Assembly (NCBI GenBank): GCA_964016885.1
Contig: CAXHJY010000555.1
Location: 1-63,478 of the forward strand
Direction of reading: 5' to 3'
Source of the DNA: Eledone cirrhosa
Lineage: Eukaryota
DNA length: 63,478 nucleotides
Shown: one piece after another, positions 55,041 through 63,478 of the stretch
How the letters are laid out: each line of letters starts with the position of its first letter
Position numbering within the stretch: the stretch's first letter is position 1
Made by a program: the position numbers and the translations under genes
The notes under the pieces: generated by a model
What the model saw: only the letters and a program-made list of their open reading frames with translations
What the model was told of the DNA's origin: nothing
The model's database searches: none

Positions 55041-55745
55041 CTAGCAGAAAAACCACTCTTCGGGTAGTTTTCTGCTAGCATGTGTAGTGTGTATATTGAT
55101 ATTATACACAGGTATATATACATGTAGATATGATACATCAAATAGAATCGTAATTGACAATATACACAGAAATTGAACGAAGACTGTGTTACACTGTCTT
55201 ATGTAATCAGTAACGTAATCCATGATACATTAAAAAAAAAGACGGTAGTTTATATATATATAAACTACGTTAGGAGAAAATTAGCGACGGAAATATTTGC
55301 GATGTTTTTATAAGTGTTAAATATAACCGGAAGTGTTGGCATTTGAACATTTTAAAGAAGTGAATCTTTAAATAAGCAATAAAATTATTTATATTTAATC
55401 AAGAGTTACGAAATTTATTACATGAATTATGTAATATTCATTCATTATTTATTCAAAGTAAGGGCGGTGAATTGGCAGTGTCGGTAGAATGTTGGACGCC
55501 ATGCTTTCTAACATAGTTACGTCCCTTTACAGTCTGAGTTCAAATCCCGCCGAGGTTAACTTTGCCTTTCATCCTTACGGGGTCGATAAAATAAAGTACC
55601 AGTAATGTACTGGGTATTTGCTGGCCTTGTGCCTAAAGTAGAAACAATTATTTATTCAAAGTAATCCAACTTATTTTACAAACGGGATAAAAATAAATAT
55701 ATTCTGGATGCAGTCCCGCACCCCTTACGTTATTATAGTTAAGAT
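55041..55745 (-). mobile_element. Helitron-like element with nested SINE
   Basis: TC start on the minus strand (TCTTAACTATAATAA), CTAG end with hairpin; SINE 55462-55650 with TSD ATTATTTATTCAAAGTAA. Confidence 0.55.
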
Positions 55746-56248
55746 ATTATTATTATAGTATTGTATACATATGATATAATAGTATATTAAATAGCAAATG
55801 ATACATATTATATATAAATATAGTAAAATAAAAAATATATAATATTTATTTATACATAGTATATATTCCATTATTTATTATATATAAATTAACTATTTTA
55901 TCTATTATATATTATTTACAATTTTCGTGTTGGCAGATCTCTCTGGAAATACGGTTGGTGGTCCTAAGGGTATTACGTGGCCTTGTGGTGGTCGGTGACC
56001 CCAAAACGTTTGTGAACCGCAGATATGTTTAAGAACGTCTTAAACATACATGCGTTGCTTGATTAATACAATATTTTAATAACTTTCTCTACATCTGCTA
56101 ATATTAGTCCAATATTTCTACAAATTGATCCCCTCTCTCGGAGGAATCGGTTTTATTTGAAAGACAATGTTAAATTTTACTTTTACAACCTCCAAAGACA
56201 AACAGCATGACTTTTTACACACATTTTTTACTAGAATCGGTATATCCT

Positions 56249-56328
<80 letters not shown>

Positions 56329-56676
56329 TCCACTGTAATCCAGTGTAATCCAGGGTAATCCAGCGAGTAATCCAGTGAAATCCATAGAAAGGTTCCGTGT
56401 TCCGCTGAGTTAATTCCTTAGACACAGATTCGGATATTAGATATATTAATTTAACAATGAAAATGATAAGAAAGTCAATTTATTTTACCTATTCATATCA
56501 TTGTTTTACGATCGTTTCGGAGGGTTAATCATATTGACATATTGTCTGATCTATAGCGTTTATAAAACTGTATACTATCAGACTTTATATATAGGTTTGA
56601 TCAGACGGTTTGATCGAACCTATATATGATGTATACAGTTATATATTTTGTTACTATTTTCATTGTTAAATTAATA

Positions 56677-56762
<86 letters not shown>

Positions 56763-57019
56763 AAATGTAATCTGAATTTTTCGAATATTAATAATTGTTT
56801 CTACTTTTGGCTCAAGGCCAGCAATTACTCAGTGTATTACTGGTACTTTATTTTATCAACCCCGTAAGGATGAAAGGCAAAGTTAACCTCGGTGGGATTT
56901 GAACTCACACTGAAAAGGGACGTAACTTTTCGAATATTAATAATAACATTCGATTCGTTTGCAATTATGCAAAGAAGCCTCAATTTTATAACCATGTCAG
57001 AGATATTTATAAATAAATG

Positions 57020-57056
<37 letters not shown>

Positions 57057-57257
57057 ATACTTGGGGAGGGTCATATTTGTGTAATATTGCCAGAATTATT
57101 AACAGAACACACTCACTGTTTGGTTGGTTTTCGCCTTTCGCTTCTGTGTCTTTTATATCGGTAATCTAATTTATTCGGTCCTCAATGTTGCCATTGACTG
57201 ACCAACTGTCAAAAATAATACAGATACAATATAGACACAAACACATATATATAATTT

Positions 57258-57299
57258 ATCAAAGTTCTTTCGTTGCTCATCTGCAACATCGTCAGTGGT
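57258..57299 (-). ncRNA. hammerhead ribozyme in pLTR
   Basis: ACCA-CTGACGA-T-GTTGC-AGATGA-GCAAC-GAAA-GAAC-TT-TGAT. Confidence 0.7.
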
Positions 57300-57499
57300 G
57301 CTATTGTTTCCTCCCGTTGCATTGTATTTTCTACACCATCTTTATTTAGTCTGTTTATATATTTATTTATTTGTTTATTTTATTTTGTCTTCTTTGCGCA
57401 TGCGTTTGTGTGTGTGTGTATAGTGTTTTGTTTGATGTGTGTTCCCCAAGTATAACAATATTTGTTTCGACACACGATTTCATATCAAAAACCTCACAA

Positions 57500-57553
<54 letters not shown>

Positions 57554-57767
57554 ATACTTGAGGAGGGTCATATTTGCGTAATATTGCCAGAATTAATAAC
57601 AGAACACACTCACTGTTTGGTTGGTTTTCGCTTCTCGCTGTCTTTTATTATATCTGCGATCTAACTTACTCGGTCCTCAATGTTGCCATTGACTGACCGG
57701 CGGTCAAAAATAATACAGACACAATATAGACACAAACACATATATATATATATAGTTTACATAATTT

Positions 57768-57808
57768 ACATAAATCTTTCGTTGCACATCTGCAACATCG
57801 TCAGTGGT
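57768..57808 (-). ncRNA. hammerhead ribozyme in pLTR
   Basis: CA-CTGACGA-T-GTTGCA-GATG-TGCAAC-GAAA-GATT-TA-TG. Confidence 0.7.
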
Positions 57809-58085
57809 GTTATATTCATTGTTCCTCCTGTTGTGTTGTATGCCTACGCCATTTTTTATTCAGTCTGTCTATATATTTATTTATTTATTTGCTTGTTTGT
57901 TTATCTTATTTTATTTTGTCTTCTTTGCGCATGCGTTTGCGTGTGTGTATAGTGTTATGTGTGATGTGTGACTAGTGTGTATAGTGTTGTGTCTGCTGGG
58001 TGACTAGTGTGTGTTTATGTGCTTGTTGTTATTGTGCTTGTGTATGTATTTATTTATCTTATTTTATTTTATTTTATTTACTTAT

Positions 58086-58945
58086 TTATACTTCTCTTAG
58101 ATCAGTGTTGTTTGTTTGGGTGTTGTTGTTGTTCCACTCATTCTTTCTGTTTAGCTTTGGTCTTCTAATTTCTATTTCACTGGCCTCTCTGATTTGCCTA
58201 TCTGCTGGGTCATTCCTATGTTTAGATATTATTCTAATTTCTATGTTGTCTATGTTACCCTCATGTTGTTGTCTAGCATGTTCGTATAGTACTGACCCGT
58301 TTTTTCGTCCTTTTAGTTCCCCCCAGTGTTGGTCTATCCTTTCACCTATGCTACGAGCTGTCTCACCTATGTATGTTGTTGTCATGTTTCTGCAAGTACC
58401 CTCTGTACATCTTATGCTATAGACTACGTTTCTAGTTTTACAGTTTATCCGGGGGTTCACCTTACATATGATACACTTCCTATTGGTACAGTGGGTTTTC
58501 TTAAAAGGGTAGGTTTTGCTGATCAGGGATTTTATGGTGGTTCCTGGCTTTTCTACCACCTTTATTTTTAAGTGGGTCTTTCTCAGGGCCTTTCTACACT
58601 GGTTAGCTAATTTCCCTCCAGGGGTGGCGTCCACAAACATGACACTCTGATATCTCTGGTTGTCGTACCATGATGTGGCCTTCCCTATCTTATGTCTAGC
58701 CCTATCTAAGCTATTCCATGATTTGCTCCTGTATAGTGGGCAGATTCCTTTCATGTCCAGTTCTATGAGGGTCTTATACTTTTCCATGGCTCCTTCGTAT
58801 ACTCTGACTCTGTCTCTTTGGTTGTAGCCAGAGAACTGCATGCGGTTGATGAAGTGTTGGATGTGTCCTTCCATTTCTGTTGGGTCGCACATGCTGGACA
58901 CATTCTTCATCACTCGTACCAAATCTGCGATCAGAATATTAAACT
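58086..58945 (-). CDS. Penelope-like element C-terminal region with GIY-YIG endonuclease (5'-truncated)
   Basis: CTNRKCIIC...NCKTRNVVYSIRC...YIGETARSIGERIDQH...RQIREA..I....PKLN; the first ~9 ORF-track residues come from a junction. Confidence 0.9.
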
Positions 58946-59049
58946 TAAGTTGTGATGTTGCTGTACTACTCATATTTTCTATTTAATTTTGGTTGTATTT
59001 CTTTTATGTTTATTGCCTCTGTAATTTGTCTAAACAGAGCTCTGGTTAG

Positions 59050-59994
59050 ATACCATTAATAACAAAAAACAAATCCTCCATTCCCATTATGCCAAACCCA
59101 TGACTTCCAAACATCTGATCCACCGAAACTCGGCCGTTTCGGACCATACCAAAATCAACAAAATCAATGATTGCGGATTTGGTACGGGTGATGAGAAACG
59201 TGTCCCGCATGCGCAACCCCGAAGAATTAGAGAGACACATACAACACTTCATCCACCGTATGCAGTTCTCTGGCTACAATCAGAGAGATAAAATCAGAGT
59301 GTATAGAGGAGCCAGAACCAAATGGGAAAAAATGGTAAATAATGACATAAATGGGACCTGCCCCTTGTATAGGAGCACATTTTGGAATAGAATAGAAAGA
59401 ACTAGGAACAAGGCTAATAGAATAAACTCATGGTATGATAGCAATAAATACCAGAGTGTAATGTTCATCGATACAACCCCTAGAGGTGAATTAGCTTACA
59501 AATTTAGAAGGGCCCTAAATAAACATAAACTCAATATTAAGATAGTAGAAAGACCAGGTACCTCCGTAAAAACACTTATTAGCAAGACATACCCTTTTCA
59601 AAGACCCTCATGTATAGATAAGAAATGTATAACCTGTAAAATAAGCCCCCATATTAACTGTAAAACTAGAAATGTAGTGTATAGCATAAGATGTACTGAA
59701 GGACAATGTAGAGACAAAAATATAGTGTACATAGGTGAGACAGCTCGTAGTGTAGGGGAACGGATAAATGAACACTGGCGAGACCTTCAAGATAGTAAAG
59801 AATCATCTGTACTCTACCAACATGCTAAAATAGAACACAAGGGTAAATTAGAGAACATAGAAATAAAAATAGAATCTACACACAGAAAAGACGCAATGTT
59901 TAGACAAATAACAGAGGCAATAAACATAAAAGAATTACAACCAAAATTAAATAGAAAATATGAGTGGAACAGCAACATCACAACTTACAATTAA
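59050..59994 (+). CDS. Penelope-like element, RT C-terminal region plus GIY-YIG endonuclease (5'-truncated, one frameshift near 59165)
   Basis: HYAKPM...HRNSA, then NVVYSIRC...YIGETARSVGERINEH...RQITEA. Confidence 0.9.
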
Positions 59995-60195
59995 GGACAA
60001 AATGAAAACACACACACACATAGAACAAACAACCAACCAGTAACATGTAAACAAACAAATAAATAAATGAACATAAACACACACAGACACCCGAATGTGG
60101 CGCATGCGCAGACTGAGCACACAACACACACACAGAAATAAAATGGCGTAGGACAGAACAAAGGAGAGGCACAGAAACAAAGAAAGGAATCCCCA

Positions 60196-60238
60196 GTCAC
60201 TGAAGAGGTCACAGAGTGTGTGACGAAAGAACTATGAC
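60196..60238 (+). ncRNA. hammerhead ribozyme in Penelope 3' repeat
   Basis: GTCA-CTGAAGA-G-GTCACA-GAGTG-TGTGAC-GAAA-GAAC-TA-TGAC, sense to the ORF. Confidence 0.8.
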
Positions 60239-60471
60239 AATATATAAACAACTATCTGGTTGTGGAACCAGCCAACCAACCAGAAATTTATAAATTTATA
60301 AATTTATTATAAATTTATAAATTTATTATAAATTTATTATAATAATAAATTGAAGTGAAAGCAACTGGTGCGTGTGTTTCTTATTGGCAACATGACCCTC
60401 CCAAAGTATAACAATATCGGTTTCAACACACGATTTCAGATAAAGAATCTTGCTAAACAAATTCAGAAACG

Positions 60472-60515
<44 letters not shown>

Positions 60516-60914
60516 TTCTTTATAAACAATATTTTAATAACATACCACGCAAGCCAGAATTGTCCAATATTCGCGCGTGCGCTTTATCGTGGGCGCATGC
60601 ACGTAAGCACGCATCTGTGCGTACGTGCATGAATGAGCGTGCGCAACATCGTCTGCGTGGGCGTAGACTCAATCAGTAATGTTTTATTTTACTTTTATAC
60701 ATATTTTTTGGAAGGAGGTTTCATTTTTGATAAGAAATCCAATTGGTTTCATACTTAGTGAAATGCCGGCACTGTTTACATGTACGACAGCTATCAGATT
60801 TGTGTCCATATACAGAGTTAATGTTTACGAATTCACTTCGGTTGATTTCTTGTAAATGTTAAATTGTTTAAATGGTTTTCTCCTCAACATGCATTCACAA
60901 CACACACACACTCA

Positions 60915-62330
<1,416 letters not shown>

Positions 62331-63179
62331 GAGTGACTCCTAATCAAGATCTTGAATATTAACTACTATAAAACAACCGCCAGTCAAATGCCAGCTTAGA
62401 TTCCATTTTCTGATCACTCTAGTGGCACCACTTTCGCATAGACATACTAACATCACTCGTATATTCTAGAAAAATGCTTACTTCAATGAATAAATAAACC
62501 TACTGGCAGCTGTATGTCACATAGTGTGTTATTTGTTTCGCTGATTTTAAACAAACATGTATTCGAGGAATGTTGGTGGTGCCGTGAGAAAGGTATTCGA
62601 AAAACAGGCTCTGCAGTGCTTTCAAATAGATTAGGGTACTTCAACGACGATATATCTTAATTTCTCAGCATCAGTAAGATTATTACCACTTGTGTACTAC
62701 TAAAAGTAAACCATTTTAAAGTTTAACAAGTTAATATGATAAGTTTAACTTTCTTAAACATCTTCAACTATATTATTAACTATTTTTAACCGATAGTGAA
62801 ATAGTTTCTGCTAAAAATAACTAGTAGTATATTATGAAAAATATTTCATTAAATAAAATAGTTAATTAAATATTTGAGATTCTCATAGATATTTCCAAAT
62901 TTTTTCAAGGCATATTATCCAACATTTCTAAATACGTATCTAGATATTTCAACACATGTATAATGAAGGAATCTTGTCCCTAGATTCTTGAAATTCATCT
63001 ACTACATCCAACATTATTGACCTCATCTTTACTATATTTCTAATGAAAGACACTGACAACTTGTTTCAAATAATTTTGAAAATAATCAAGAATATAGAGT
63101 GGTTTAGTAATATAACTAATTTTGTTCATTTTTAAGCTTGTATTTGGAACATAACCTAACAAAGTTTCCTACATAAGTT

Positions 63180-63478
63180 TCAGGTGGAAAGGTAGAGAAG
63201 TTCAAGTATCTCGGGGCCGTGTTTACGGGCGGTGGAAGACAGGAGGTTGATTTATGTGCAACAATTTCAGAAGCTGGTACAATTATGTGCCAGCTTCAGC
63301 ATTTGGTAATCAGAAGAAGGGAGGTAGGTGTAAAAGCCAAACTCGCTATCTTCAATTCGGTATTTGTGCCAACCCCTTACTTATGGTCATGAATCTTGGG
63401 TAATGACTGAAAGAATACAATCGCAAATGCAAGCAGCCGAAATGGGATTACTCCAAAGGGTCTTTGGAGTAACGTTAC
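63180..63478 (+). mobile_element. RTE (Expander/Rex3-like) LINE fragment running off the window
   Basis: VEKFKYLGAVFT...KAKLAIFNSVFVPT; homologous to 47370. Confidence 0.8.

Larger units (their letters stand above)
57049..57970 (-). repeat. two tandem Penelope pseudo-LTRs
   Basis: ~400-bp diverged direct repeats at 57049 and 57548, each ending in (TA)n, downstream of a GIY-YIG ORF. Confidence 0.8.

Noticed and set aside
58946-58973. ATG start of the 295-aa ORF
   Set aside because: Derived out of frame from the inverted fragment of the neighbouring Penelope copy; not a native start
60725-60805. GAAA next to palindromes CCAATTGG and TGCCGGCA
   Set aside because: No valid UH site or consistent stems on either strand

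Overview
AT-rich, microsatellite-dense animal genomic DNA. It is most likely octopod cephalopod, inferred only from the abundant tRNA-derived SINE with the GCCTTTCATCCTTACGGGGTCGATAAAATAAAGTACCAG core. No intact host gene is recognisable, and most ORF-track entries are translated microsatellites. The window holds SINEs, non-LTR retrotransposon fragments (Tx1/L1, R4/Dong-like, CRE-like, RTE), hAT and Tc1/mariner MITEs, Helitron-like elements and minisatellites. The main discovery is about 17 hammerhead ribozyme (HHR) motifs, found by eye on both strands, from at least nine sequence families. Almost all sit in short non-coding elements next to (TA)n tracts, and three sit in the 3' repeats of Penelope-like GIY-YIG elements. 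They are type I hammerheads with mostly palindromic stem III. Several families carry non-canonical cores: compensated U3:A8, U4C and A6G. The elements repeatedly show partial tandem duplication plus an inverted copy at their 5' end. One has two HHRs 595 nt apart, as expected for a retrozyme-like circular RNA. Different retroelement clades are each associated with a different microsatellite: Penelope/HHR with TA, Tx1 with GATA, and R4-like with CATA. All structures were parsed manually. Activity, expression and novelty are untested.
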